From a virus (Duplodnaviria > Caudoviricetes): 27,731 nt of DNA. Positions 6,819 to 16,862 of this stretch are shown here, piece by piece. Made by a program: the position numbers and the translations under genes. Numbering within the stretch: the stretch's first letter is position 1; each line of letters starts with the position of its first letter. The stretch lies in IMG/VR virus record IMGVR_UViG_3300028585_000056, positions 1 to 27,731 of that record, one strand, 5' to 3'. The notes under the pieces were generated by a model, which was not told the origin of the DNA, ran no database searches, and was given only the letters and a program-made list of their open reading frames with translations.

Positions 6819-7334
6819 ATGAGCGACAAACCAGCCAAGACCCGCAAGAAGGCGGCGCCGGCTGAGGCCGGGTCGCCAGCACAGCCCGCCCCGCGTGGGC
6901 GACCGAGCACGTTCAGCCAGGAAGTGGCCGACGAGATCATCACCAGGCTGTCGAAAGGCGAGCCGCTCGAAAAGATTTGTCGGGATGACCACATGCCGCC
7001 AGTCCGGACGGTGAACCACTGGAAGGAAGCGAGCGCGGCATTTATGGCCGACATCGCGCACGCACGCGAGGCTGGCTTCGACGCACTGGCGGCCGAGTGC
7101 CTGGACATCGCCGACGAAACAGCCTTCGACACGATCATCGGCGAGAACGGCGACAAGCCGAACACCGAGTGGATCAGCCGCTCGAAGCTACGCATCGAAA
7201 CCCGCCTGAAGCTGCTGAGCAAATGGGATCCGAAGCGCTACGGTGACAAGGTCACCAACGAAATCACCGGCGCAAATGGCGGCCCTGTCGAATTCACCGG
7301 CATCACACGCCGGATCGTGAAAGCAAATGAGTGA
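6819..7334 (+). CDS. terS: Terminase small subunit (Sf6 gp1-like)
   Basis: GRPSTFSQEVADEIITRLSKGEPLEKICRDDHMP..RSKLRIETRLKLLSKWDPKRYGDK; immediately upstream of terL. Confidence 0.9.
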   Translation: MSDKPAKTRKKAAPAEAGSPAQPAPRGRPSTFSQEVADEIITRLSKGEPLEKICRDDHMPPVRTVNHWKEASAAFMADIAHAREAGFDALAAECLDIADETAFDTIIGENGDKPNTEWISRSKLRIETRLKLLSKWDPKRYGDKVTNEITGANGGPVEFTGITRRIVKANE

Positions 7335-8550
7335 ACTGATCATCAATACGCCGGCCGTGTTCGAGCCGCTGCTGGCGCCTGCGCGCTATAAGGGCGCGCA
7401 CGGTGGCCGCGGCTCGGGCAAGTCGCACTTCTTTGGCGAAATGCTGATTGAGGACTGCATACGCGAGCCGATCAGCGCTGTGTGCCTGCGTGAGGTGCAG
7501 AAGTCGCTGAAATTCTCGGTCAAGCGCCTGCTGGAAGCGAAGATCGAGTCGATGAACGCGGGCCTGTACTTCGAAGTGCAGAACGAGCAGATCAAGACCC
7601 GCAACGGCGGCGTGATCATCTTCCAGGGTATGCAAGACCACACGGCCGACTCGATCAAGTCGCTGGAGGGCTTCAAGCGCGCATGGGTCGAGGAAGCGCA
7701 GTCGCTTTCCCAGCGCTCGCTCGACCTGTTGCGCCCTACCATCCGCGCGCCAGGCAGTGAAATCTGGTTCAGCTGGAACCCGCGCTTTGCCACGGATCCT
7801 GTCGACCAACTGCTGCGCGGCGAGACGCTGCCGCCGAATGCGACGGTGGTTGAAGCTAACTTCATGGATAACCCCTGGTGTCCGCAGGAACTGCTGGAAG
7901 AAATGGCATTCGACCGCGCGCGCGACCCCGAGAAGTACGCGCACATCTGGCTCGGCCGCTACCAGATGAACAGCGAAGCGCGCGTGTTCCGCAACTGGAC
8001 AGTCGAAGAGTTCGAACGCCCGCCCGGCACCGTTCACCGCCTGGGCGCCGACTGGGGCTTCGCGGTCGACCCGAGCGTGCTGGTGCGCTGCGACATTGAA
8101 GGCCGGCGCCTGTACATCGACTACGAAGCACACGTGGTGGGCTGCGAGATCGACCAGCTGCCCGATCTGTTCGACCGCGTGCCGGACAGCCGTAAGTGGT
8201 TCATCACCGCCGACAGTTCGCGCCCCGAGACGATTAGCTACATGCGCAAGCACGGCTTCCCGAAGATCAACGCCGCCATCAAGGGCGCGCGCTCCGTCGA
8301 AGAAGGCGTCGAGTTCCTCAAGACGTTCGACATCGTGGTGCACCCGCGCTGCGTCGAGACGATCAACGAGCTGACGCTGTACAGCTACAAGGTCGACCCG
8401 TTGACGGACCTGGTGCTGCCGGTCCTGGCCGACAAAGACAACCACGTGATCGACGCGCTGCGATACGCCTGCGAAGGCGCGCGCAAGGCGACGAAACCCA
8501 CACCACAACGCCCACGCCCTGCCGCCGCTCCTGGAGGCTGGATGGGTTGA
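7327..8550 (+). CDS. terL: Terminase large subunit (PBSX family)
   Basis: Walker A GGRGSGKS, Walker B WVEEA, nuclease motifs GADWGF and NHVIDALRYA. Confidence 0.97.
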   Translation: MSELIINTPAVFEPLLAPARYKGAHGGRGSGKSHFFGEMLIEDCIREPISAVCLREVQKSLKFSVKRLLEAKIESMNAGLYFEVQNEQIKTRNGGVIIFQGMQDHTADSIKSLEGFKRAWVEEAQSLSQRSLDLLRPTIRAPGSEIWFSWNPRFATDPVDQLLRGETLPPNATVVEANFMDNPWCPQELLEEMAFDRARDPEKYAHIWLGRYQMNSEARVFRNWTVEEFERPPGTVHRLGADWGFAVDPSVLVRCDIEGRRLYIDYEAHVVGCEIDQLPDLFDRVPDSRKWFITADSSRPETISYMRKHGFPKINAAIKGARSVEEGVEFLKTFDIVVHPRCVETINELTLYSYKVDPLTDLVLPVLADKDNHVIDALRYACEGARKATKPTPQRPRPAAAPGGWMG

Positions 8551-8562
8551 CGAGATACCCAC

Positions 8563-10650
8563 ATGGCTGACAAGAAAGACGACGACCTCCACGCCGAGGG
8601 CATCAAGATTTACGACTACGCGGTCGAGCGCGACAGCCACAACCGCGAGCGCTACGCCGAAGACATCCGGTTCGCGCGCCTGGGCGAGCAGTGGCCCGAG
8701 GAAATCCGCAAGCAGCGCGAGAGCGAAGGCCGGCCGTGCCTGACGCTGAACCGCATGGCTGCCTTCATCCGCCAGGTGGTCAACGACGCACGCCAGAACA
8801 AGCCGGCGATCAAGTTCCACGCGGTGGGCGATGGCGCCGACGAGTGGACGGCCAAGGTGCAGGACGGCCTGGTGCGCAACATCGAATACTCGAGCAACGC
8901 TGACGTGGCCTACGACACGGCTATCGACAACGCGGTCTCGGGCAACGTCGGGTACATCCGCATCACGACCGACTACGCCGCCGACGACGTGTTCGACCAG
9001 GACATCCGCATCGAGCGCATCGCCAACAGCTTGTCGGTGGTTCCAGATGCGTACTGTTTCGACGCCGACTCGGCCAACTGGAACGACGCGTTCGTGACCG
9101 AGGATTATTCGGTGGATGCGTTCAAAGCCAAATGGCCAAAGGCCGACACCGCCAGTTTCGAAGGCGATAGCCGCGGCGACATGGCATCCGGCTGGATGAC
9201 CGACGACGGCCTGGTGCGCGTCGCCGAGTGGTGGAAGCGCCGCGAGGTGCCGGCCACCATCGTGAAGCTGTCGAACGGCATGATCGTGCCGGCAGAGAAG
9301 CTGGAGGACGAAGAGTTCGCCGCGCTGCTGGAGGCGCAGGGCATCACCGAGGTGGCCCGCCGCGAAACCCGCACCATGAAGGTCACGCAGCACCTGATGA
9401 ACGGCTGCGAGATTCTGGAAACGAACGAATGGGCCGGGAAGTACATCCCGATCGTGCCGGTGTATGGCGACGAGGTCATCATCGACGGCCGCCGCCACCT
9501 GTTTTCGATGATCCATGCCGCGAAGGACGCGCAGCGCAACTACAACTACTGGTCGACCACGTCGACGGAAGTGGCCGCGCTGGCGCCAAAAGCGCCTTGG
9601 ATCGCGCCGGTAGGCTCGTTCGCTACTGACCCGAACTGGGCAACGGCGAATACCACGAACCATCCATACCTGGAATACGACGTTGTCGACGGCAGTATGC
9701 CGCCGCAGCGCACGCCGTTCGCCGGCCCTGACGCCGCAGCGATGCAGGAAACAGGCAAGGCCGCCGACGACATGAAGTCGATCATGGGCCTTTACGACGC
9801 CAGCATGGGCGCCCAAGGCAATGAAACGAGCGGCCGGGCCATCCTGGCGCGCCAGCGCGAAGGCGACACCAGCACGTTCAACTTCACCGACAACCTGTCG
9901 CGCGGCATCCGCCACGCCGGCCGCATCATGGCCGACCTGATCCCCAAGGTGTACACGGTGGCGCGCGTGATCCGCACCATCCAGGAAGACGGCAGCAACC
10001 GCGACGTGAAGGTGAACCAGCCAACCGAGCCGCTGCCCGAGGAAGCGAAGGACCAGCAGGAGCAGATGGTGGGCATCACGCGCATCTATGACCTGACCAG
10101 CGGCAAATACGACGTGACGTGCGAGAGCGGCCCGAGCTTCAACACCCGACGCCAGGAAGCGGCCATGCAGATGACCGAGTTCATGCGCGCTGTGCCTGGC
10201 GCTGGCCAGTTGATGGGCGACCTGCTGGCCAAGAATCTGGACTGGCCAGGCGCGGACGAGATCGCCGAGCGTCTCAAGCTGCTATTGCCGCCGCAAGCTC
10301 AGGGCCAGAACCCGCAGTTGATGCAGGCGCAGCAGGTCATCCAGCAGCTGCAGCAGGCTATGGCGCAGATGCAGCAGCAGCTGCAGGCCACCGAGCAGGA
10401 CAAGAGCGCGGACGCCCAGAAGCTGCGCATCGACTCTTACAAGGCCGAGACCGATCGTCTCAAGGCGCTGGGGGTGACGATGCTGCCCGAAGTGGCCGCC
10501 TCGATGGGCCTGCAAGTGGCGCAGTCGGCCCAGCAGGCGCTGTCGTCGCCAGACCTGGACGGCCAGCAACAGCCTGCGCCGCAGCCGCAACCCGAGCAAC
10601 CGCAACCCGCGATGCCGCCGCCCGACATGGGCGGTGCAATTCAACAGTGA
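8563..10650 (+). CDS. Portal protein (P22-like)
   Basis: 695 aa after terL; GEQW..RPCLTLN, IPIVPVYG, KDAQRNYNY, GKYDV..GPSF..RRQEA motifs; Q/P-rich tail. Confidence 0.93.
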   Translation: MADKKDDDLHAEGIKIYDYAVERDSHNRERYAEDIRFARLGEQWPEEIRKQRESEGRPCLTLNRMAAFIRQVVNDARQNKPAIKFHAVGDGADEWTAKVQDGLVRNIEYSSNADVAYDTAIDNAVSGNVGYIRITTDYAADDVFDQDIRIERIANSLSVVPDAYCFDADSANWNDAFVTEDYSVDAFKAKWPKADTASFEGDSRGDMASGWMTDDGLVRVAEWWKRREVPATIVKLSNGMIVPAEKLEDEEFAALLEAQGITEVARRETRTMKVTQHLMNGCEILETNEWAGKYIPIVPVYGDEVIIDGRRHLFSMIHAAKDAQRNYNYWSTTSTEVAALAPKAPWIAPVGSFATDPNWATANTTNHPYLEYDVVDGSMPPQRTPFAGPDAAAMQETGKAADDMKSIMGLYDASMGAQGNETSGRAILARQREGDTSTFNFTDNLSRGIRHAGRIMADLIPKVYTVARVIRTIQEDGSNRDVKVNQPTEPLPEEAKDQQEQMVGITRIYDLTSGKYDVTCESGPSFNTRRQEAAMQMTEFMRAVPGAGQLMGDLLAKNLDWPGADEIAERLKLLLPPQAQGQNPQLMQAQQVIQQLQQAMAQMQQQLQATEQDKSADAQKLRIDSYKAETDRLKALGVTMLPEVAASMGLQVAQSAQQALSSPDLDGQQQPAPQPQPEQPQPAMPPPDMGGAIQQ

Positions 10651-10658
10651 AGGTGAAT

Positions 10659-11522
10659 ATGTTCTTCGAAATTCTTTCTCGCAGCATTCTCGCCCGACTG
10701 GCCCTGATCGCTTTCGGGTGCCTGCTCGGCTATGCCACGCCGTCGGCCTATGCCGGTCCGCACAGCATCGTGTTCACGCAGAAGAACGAGGCGAACACAG
10801 GCAACGTCCTGTACACGCCGCAGCAGCCGCCGGTCGATTCTGTGGTGTACTTCAACACGACGACCAACCGCGCTAGTTACCTGACGCTCGGGCCCGGGCT
10901 GATGATCGACGGCGCCATGCTGCGCGCCTCGGTGCCGGAAGGTCCGGTCGGGCCGCAGGGCGCGCCCGGTCAGGATGGCGCTGATGGTGCGCCTGGCCCG
11001 ACTGGCGCCACCGGCGCACCGGGCCTCGATGGCGTTGGGATACCTGGCGCCGCTGGCAAGGACGGCATCAACGGCGTAGACGGCGCGCCAGGCGCAACCG
11101 GGCCGCAAGGCATCCAAGGCATCCAGGGCATTCCAGGCCCGGCCGGCACGCCCGCGCCCACGTTCAGCTTCGGCCTGCCCGCTGCGCGCACGTTGGCGCT
11201 CACCACGCCCTACCAGGCGACGAACCCGGCCAAGCCAGCGATCGTAACGGTCAGCCCATCGTGCACCGCGTCGCTGACCCTGGCCGGCGGCAGCACATGC
11301 TCGATGCAGGTTCGCATCGGCGTCGCACCGCTCACGTGCACCAGCGGCACGGTCGTGGCCACCTGGACGAACGGAAACACCGGCGCCCTGTCGGTCGGCC
11401 TGGCGCTGAGCCAAACCGTTGGCGCGCCCTATGGCATCAATCTTCCCACCGGCGCGAGCTTCATCCTGTGTCCGACCGCCGGCACCTTCACCGTGACCGC
11501 CGCCGAGCAGATCGCAGGTTAA
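10659..11522 (+). CDS. Collagen-repeat protein with predicted signal peptide (287 aa)
   Basis: AAGGTG RBS; hydrophobic N-terminus ending AYA|G; 23 G-X-Y triplets (about 10941-11153); beta-rich C-domain with 4 Cys. Confidence 0.8.
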   Translation: MFFEILSRSILARLALIAFGCLLGYATPSAYAGPHSIVFTQKNEANTGNVLYTPQQPPVDSVVYFNTTTNRASYLTLGPGLMIDGAMLRASVPEGPVGPQGAPGQDGADGAPGPTGATGAPGLDGVGIPGAAGKDGINGVDGAPGATGPQGIQGIQGIPGPAGTPAPTFSFGLPAARTLALTTPYQATNPAKPAIVTVSPSCTASLTLAGGSTCSMQVRIGVAPLTCTSGTVVATWTNGNTGALSVGLALSQTVGAPYGINLPTGASFILCPTAGTFTVTAAEQIAG

Positions 11523-11561
11523 TCAACCGCGGCTTCGGCCGCATCACTGGAGCTTTACCAC

Positions 11562-12437
11562 ATGGACGAACTGGAACAATCGGCAGAACTGCCGAATTCC
11601 GACGCCGCGCACGATGCCGCCGCCGAGGATCACACCCAGGCAGCGGAACAACACGACGCCCAAGCCGACGAGGTCTCGCAAGAGGAAGCCGAAGAGGACG
11701 AGGAAATCGAAATCGGCGGCAAGAAGGTCGCCATGCCGAAGAGCATCGCCGCCGAGATCAAAGCCGGCACGATGCGCAATGCGGACTACACGCAAAAGAC
11801 CCAGGCGGTGGCCGAGGAACGCAAGGCCGTCGAGACCGAGCGCGCCCGGGTGCGTGAAGAAGCGCAGCAGCAACAGCAGTACATCAAGGAAATCGCCAAG
11901 GTTCACGCCCTGGACGACGAACTTGCGAAGTTCAAGGACATCGATTGGGACGGCCTAAGCGATACCGACCCTGTCTCCGTCCAGAAGCTTCAAATCCGGT
12001 TGCAGACGCTCCAAAGCGAGCGCCATGCAGCTGTGCAAGCAGTCACGCAGAAACAGAACGAGCATGCACTGGTTGAGCAGCAGGCAACTGCCAAGCAACT
12101 CCAGGACGCGGAAGCGTATGTGCAGCGTGAAATCCCGGGCTGGACCCCTGAGCGCGCAGGTGCGCTCAATGAATACGCCTCGAAATTGGGCGTCAAGATG
12201 GACCAGGCAACGGCGCGCACGATCGTGCAAAACCCTGCCTTCCTCCTGATGATGGACAAGGCCGAGAAATTCGACCAGCTCGTGGCAAAGCAGTCTGCAA
12301 AGCCAAAGGTGCCGCCCCCACCGCCAGCCCCGGTAACCCGCGTAGGTGCGAACCGGGCAAGCGCCAAGGTCGACCCGGCGAAGCTGCCCGTTGATGACTG
12401 GATGACCCAGCGCAACAAGCAGGTTCGCGGCCGATAA
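11562..12437 (+). CDS. Capsid scaffolding protein
   Basis: Acidic N-terminus, ADYTQKTQAVAEERK coiled coil; directly upstream of the coat gene. Confidence 0.85.
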   Translation: MDELEQSAELPNSDAAHDAAAEDHTQAAEQHDAQADEVSQEEAEEDEEIEIGGKKVAMPKSIAAEIKAGTMRNADYTQKTQAVAEERKAVETERARVREEAQQQQQYIKEIAKVHALDDELAKFKDIDWDGLSDTDPVSVQKLQIRLQTLQSERHAAVQAVTQKQNEHALVEQQATAKQLQDAEAYVQREIPGWTPERAGALNEYASKLGVKMDQATARTIVQNPAFLLMMDKAEKFDQLVAKQSAKPKVPPPPPAPVTRVGANRASAKVDPAKLPVDDWMTQRNKQVRGR

Positions 12438-12459
12438 GCCACCACATCCTCTTTCACTG

Positions 12460-12480
12460 ACCCGCTTCGGCGGGTTTTTT
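12460..12480 (+). terminator. Terminator-like hairpin before the coat gene
   Basis: ACCCGC-TTCG-GCGGGT followed by TTTTT. Confidence 0.75.
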
Positions 12481-12497
12481 CATTCTTGGAGTAACAA

Positions 12498-13682
12498 ATG
12501 CCTAACGCACTGCTCACCCCGCAGATCATCACCCGCGAAGCCCTGCGCGTGCTGCACCAGAAAGCCAATTTCATCGGCTCGATCAACCGCCAGTACGACT
12601 CGCGCTTCGCGAAATCGGGCGCCAAGATCGGCTCGTCGCTGGACATTCGCCTGCCGAACGAATATGTCGTCCGCACGGGCGCCGTCATGGTGCCGCAGGA
12701 CACCGTCGAACAGAAAACGCAGCTGCAAGTCACCACCCAGAAGGGTGTCGATCTCGCGTTCACCGCTGTCGATCTGACCATGTCGCTCGACGACTTCAGC
12801 TCGCGCATCATCGAGCCGGCTGTTTCGGTGCTGGCTGCCAACATCGAGGCAGACGCCCTGTCGATGGCGAACGACGTCTACAACGTCGTGAATAACATCG
12901 GCCAGACGCTGAATATGCGCCAGATGCTGCTGGCAAAAAAGCGCCTGACCGACAGCCTGGCGCCGAGCGGCACCCGCAACCTGCTGATGAACACCCAGGA
13001 TACCGTCGATGCGATCGACAACCTGAAAGGGCTGTTCCAGGACTCGACGCAGATCGCCAAGCAGTACCGCGAAGGCGTGCTGGGAACCACCGCCGGCTTC
13101 GGTGACATCATGGAAAACACCATCCTGGGCGGTACTGTCACCGGCAGCGCTGCGGCAGCTACCGGCTACACCGTTTCGGGCGCTGGCCAGACCGGCACCG
13201 CGTTGGCGATCACCGGCGGCACCGCCACCTTCAAGAAGGGCGACGTGATCACCCTGGGCGTGAACCGCGTGCACCCGGAAACGAAGGCCGACACCGGCGA
13301 CCTGCAGACCTTCGTGGTCACCGCAGACTTCGCGGGTGGCGCTGGCTCGCTGCAGATCGCTCCCGCCATCGTTGCCACAGGCGCCCGCAAGAACGTCGTG
13401 GTATCCCCTGCATCTGGCACCCCAATCGCCAAGATCGGCGGCGCCAGCGCGGTGTACCGCCCTTCCCTGGCATACCAGAAGGATGCGTTCACCTTCGCCA
13501 CCGCCGACCTGGTGATGCCTGACGGCGTGGACTGGAAGGCGCGCGAAACCTTCGACGGCATTTCGATGCGCATGGTCCGCCAGTACAACATCGGCGACGA
13601 CACCTTCCCGTGCCGCCTCGACGTGCTTTATGGGTATAAGACCCTGCGCGCGCAACTGGCTGCCCGCATCCTGTCGAACTGA
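12498..13682 (+). CDS. Major capsid protein (P22 coat family)
   Basis: MPNALLTPQIITREALRVL..AKIG..IRLP N-terminus and CRLDVLYGYKTLR C-terminus. Confidence 0.93.
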   Translation: MPNALLTPQIITREALRVLHQKANFIGSINRQYDSRFAKSGAKIGSSLDIRLPNEYVVRTGAVMVPQDTVEQKTQLQVTTQKGVDLAFTAVDLTMSLDDFSSRIIEPAVSVLAANIEADALSMANDVYNVVNNIGQTLNMRQMLLAKKRLTDSLAPSGTRNLLMNTQDTVDAIDNLKGLFQDSTQIAKQYREGVLGTTAGFGDIMENTILGGTVTGSAAAATGYTVSGAGQTGTALAITGGTATFKKGDVITLGVNRVHPETKADTGDLQTFVVTADFAGGAGSLQIAPAIVATGARKNVVVSPASGTPIAKIGGASAVYRPSLAYQKDAFTFATADLVMPDGVDWKARETFDGISMRMVRQYNIGDDTFPCRLDVLYGYKTLRAQLAARILSN

Positions 13683-13699
13683 TCGACGCCAACCCACAG

Positions 13700-13729
13700 A
13701 AGCCCTGCCCTCACCGGTGGGGCTTTTTT
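13700..13729 (+). terminator. Intrinsic terminator after the coat gene
   Basis: AAGCCCTGCC-6 nt-GGTGGGGCTTTTTT. Confidence 0.75.
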
Positions 13730-13742
13730 CATGGAGTAGCAC

Positions 13743-14009
13743 ATGGAATTCCAGGAATACCCGAAGGCGCTGTACCTGGCCGGCCAGCAGCTGGTCGTCG
13801 AGGACAGCGAGCAGGAAGAAGCGGCGCGCGCCGATGGCTACGACGACTGGCACGCGGACCACGCGCGCAGCGAAGGCGCCGACGAGCAGCCGGCTGAGCT
13901 CGACCGCGACGCGCTGAAGGCGCGCGCCACCGAGCTGGGCATCACCTTCGCCAACAACATCAAGACCGAGAAGCTGGCCGACCTGGTCGCAGCTGCTGAG
14001 CAGAACTAA
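13743..14009 (+). CDS. Small virion-associated protein with HeH/Rho-N-like C-terminus
   Basis: GGAG RBS; LDRDALKARATELGITFANNIKTEKLADLV motif. Confidence 0.75.
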   Translation: MEFQEYPKALYLAGQQLVVEDSEQEEAARADGYDDWHADHARSEGADEQPAELDRDALKARATELGITFANNIKTEKLADLVAAAEQN

Positions 14010-14058
14010 CCCTGGCGCCTGAGCGCCGATCCATCAATTCAACCCGCATGGGCCAGCA

Positions 14059-16839
14059 ATGATCAAATTCGACCGCGCCGCCGGCAACCAGTCCATCAGC
14101 ACGTCGGATAGCGCCTTGCTGACGTTCCCGAATGGCGACTGGCTGCTGGCCTTCATCACCGGCTTCGACGGCACTGTAACCGGCAACGTCACGCAATACC
14201 TGTTCTCATCCGGGGCCTTCGCAGCTGCCGGCTCGCTGAACGTCGTGTTCTATGGCGCCGGCGTGTCCGGCACCACCCTGCAAGGCCGCATCGCCGTCTA
14301 CGCCGACACCCTAGCGAACGCGAACGCGCCGGCCCTGTTGAGCGCGTCGCAGTTCTCAGGCGGCCGCTACGCCTTCTTCCTCCAGCGCAGCGGTGGCACG
14401 GTCACGCTGTACAGCTGCCCGGTCCTGAGCACGGCGCCGATCGACGGCAGCGCGGTCGTGACCGAGGCGAGCACCAGCAGCAATTCGGCGATCCTCAAGG
14501 CACTGGACGGCAGCGGCTTTATGTTCGGCTCGCGCGTCGACAACACGACCGACCGCAAGAGCGACCAATCGGTGTCGCGGATGCTGCGCATGGATCGCAC
14601 CTACTCCACATTCGAGATGGCGCAGACCGCCGCCGGCAAGGAGCCGGTAGACCTGGGCTACACGCCGGTGCTGTACGTGCGCGCCAGCAGCATCAGCGAC
14701 ATCACCGATCGCGGCCCGAACGCGTTCCCGTTCACGCTGGCCGGCACTCCGACCACCAGCCCGGAGCCGTCGTTCGCCCCAGCATCCGGCACTGGCGAGC
14801 CAGCAGCGAATGCCATCACTGTAAGCAGCGCGCAATCCCTGATCATCGGCCCATCGGCCGGCAACAGCGCCATGGTGACCTTCACTGGCGCCCTGGGCGG
14901 CACGCAGCCAACCTCGGTCGAGGTGCGCATGATCGCGCCGGACGGCACACTTGGCAACTGGGTGGCCCTGCAGTCGGCGACGATCGGGGCGTCTGCCTAC
15001 ACCGGCGTGCGGGCGGTGCCAGACGGCGGCCCTTTCACCTTCCAGGCTCGATCCAAGAGCGGCGCCACCGTCCTGGCGGAAAGCCAGCCATCGACAGCGA
15101 AAGTCCTGGTCGGCGGCGTGTGGGGCAACGCCGGCTCGTCCAGCTCCGACTACCTGTTCACCGACAAGAGCGGCACCGGCTTCACTGTGGCGCCGAACAC
15201 GGCCGTGATCAGCGGCGCCACGCCGACCGCGTCAGCAATGAGCACGACCGGCGCCGCAACGCGCATGGCGAGCGAGTTGGCGGCGAAGGCGGGCAAGCCG
15301 ATCATCTGGCTGTCGTATGGCATCGCCGGCACCACGCTGCGCACGTGGCTGGACCCGAACACCACGCAGCGCAAGAACCTGGCCGCGGCCATCGCCGCAA
15401 TGAAGGGGCAATTGGACGGTCTCTACATCACAGTCGGCGCGAACGACGCCGCCAACGGCTGGATCACCTCGAGTGCCGCCCACCTGGCGGACATGCAAAA
15501 GCTTGTCGACGACCTACGCGCGCTGACCACGCGGCCGACCGACCTGCCGATCGTGTGGGTAGGGTCGCCGCCTCGCCCTGGCCTGCCGGTGGTTCAGGCC
15601 GAGCGGATGCGCCAGGCCGAAAGCCAGATCGGCAATTACCCTGGCGTCGTGTACGTCCAGGCGCTGCAGTTCGCGACCGCAAGCGACAACGTCCACCTGT
15701 CGCCGTCTCTAGACGGCTATGCCGCCTGCGGCACGATGGCGATGTACCAGGCCGGGCGTTTCGTCTATGGCGGCGAAGACCCGAAGAAGGTGCGCGGCCC
15801 GTCTATTGCAAGTATCAGCTACACCAGCTCGAAGGCGCGCGTAGCGATTACAACGCGCGACGGCAGTGACTTCAGCCCGGCAGCCCCGGGTGGCTTCACG
15901 GTCCAGAACAAGCAGGCCGATGGCAGCTACGTGACGCTGACCGGGATCGTTGCGCAGCGGGTCAATGCCGGCCTGATCGAGATCGAGTGCGGGGTTACGC
16001 TCAACGCGCCGATCATCAAGTATCTGGCCGGCTCGGCGCCGAACATGGCCAACGCTGTTTTCAGCAACGGCGTGCTGCCGCTGCCGATGACCGTCGAGAA
16101 CGAAATGGTGGCGGTTGCCTCAAGCGCTGTACCGGTCCCTGATCCGGAGCCAGATCCTGATCCTGGGACTGATCCCGACCCAGAACCCGAGCCGGAGCCC
16201 GAACCCGACCCAGGAGTTCCAGACGAGCGCAACTACGCCTGGCTGCAGGCCGAGGTGGTCGACTGGCTGCGCCGCAAAGACATGGCGCCGCGCGTGCCGA
16301 AGTTCATCACGATGGCCGAAGCGCGCATCAACCGCATCGTGCAGGCGCGCGGCATGGAAGTCGAGACGACCTTGGCCTTTCAGCCTGGCGTTGGCGCTGT
16401 GCGGCTGCCGGTCGGATTCGACACGCCGATTGCGGCCTGGGAAGTGGTCGGCGATGGCCGGCGCGACCTGTCGCCGGTGGTGCCCGAGCAGCTTTCCGGC
16501 ACCACGCAGCGCGGCTGCCCAACGTACTGGGCGGTGTCCGGCGCTTACCTGGCGCTCGATCGTCCTGCCGACGTGACGCGGCGCGTGGCCCTGCGCTACC
16601 GCGGCCTGCTGCGCCTGTCCGCCGCCGCGCCGAACAACAGCGTGCTGACGAAGTATCCCGACGTCTACCTGTACGGCGCCCTGATGGAAGCGGCGATGTT
16701 CATCCGCGACCAGGAGGCGCTTGCGATGTGGGCGTCGATGTTCGACAGCGCGATGAAGGAACTCAACCGCAACGAAAGCCGCGCGCGCGCCATTGCGCCG
16801 CTACGCACTGAACTGGCCGGCCTGCTCGGGCGCGGCTGA
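14059..16839 (+). CDS. Fusion: beta-sandwich domains + SGNH esterase + Pro/acidic linker + head-tail adaptor
   Basis: SGNH blocks GNAGSSSS, GIAGT, GANDA and DNVH; linker PDPEPDPDPGTDPDPEPEPEPEPDP; C-terminal ~200 aa NYAWLQAEVVDWL..FITMAEARINR..YPDVYLYGALMEAA typical of podovirus adaptors. Confidence 0.8.
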   Translation: MIKFDRAAGNQSISTSDSALLTFPNGDWLLAFITGFDGTVTGNVTQYLFSSGAFAAAGSLNVVFYGAGVSGTTLQGRIAVYADTLANANAPALLSASQFSGGRYAFFLQRSGGTVTLYSCPVLSTAPIDGSAVVTEASTSSNSAILKALDGSGFMFGSRVDNTTDRKSDQSVSRMLRMDRTYSTFEMAQTAAGKEPVDLGYTPVLYVRASSISDITDRGPNAFPFTLAGTPTTSPEPSFAPASGTGEPAANAITVSSAQSLIIGPSAGNSAMVTFTGALGGTQPTSVEVRMIAPDGTLGNWVALQSATIGASAYTGVRAVPDGGPFTFQARSKSGATVLAESQPSTAKVLVGGVWGNAGSSSSDYLFTDKSGTGFTVAPNTAVISGATPTASAMSTTGAATRMASELAAKAGKPIIWLSYGIAGTTLRTWLDPNTTQRKNLAAAIAAMKGQLDGLYITVGANDAANGWITSSAAHLADMQKLVDDLRALTTRPTDLPIVWVGSPPRPGLPVVQAERMRQAESQIGNYPGVVYVQALQFATASDNVHLSPSLDGYAACGTMAMYQAGRFVYGGEDPKKVRGPSIASISYTSSKARVAITTRDGSDFSPAAPGGFTVQNKQADGSYVTLTGIVAQRVNAGLIEIECGVTLNAPIIKYLAGSAPNMANAVFSNGVLPLPMTVENEMVAVASSAVPVPDPEPDPDPGTDPDPEPEPEPEPDPGVPDERNYAWLQAEVVDWLRRKDMAPRVPKFITMAEARINRIVQARGMEVETTLAFQPGVGAVRLPVGFDTPIAAWEVVGDGRRDLSPVVPEQLSGTTQRGCPTYWAVSGAYLALDRPADVTRRVALRYRGLLRLSAAAPNNSVLTKYPDVYLYGALMEAAMFIRDQEALAMWASMFDSAMKELNRNESRARAIAPLRTELAGLLGRG

Positions 16840-16862
16840 TACAGGCAACCATAGGAACAGCC

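Noticed and set aside
7303-9915. 870-aa minus-strand ORF
   Set aside because: Antisense shadow of terL and portal, expected from high-GC codon bias; no recognisable motifs.
10119-10658. Upstream extension of the collagen ORF (467-aa call)
   Set aside because: Overlaps the portal gene in another frame; the RBS and signal peptide point to ATG 10659.
16132-16225. Short tandem repeats suggesting a VNTR or CRISPR-like array
   Set aside because: Degenerate codons for a Pro-Asp/Glu linker; no repeat-spacer structure.
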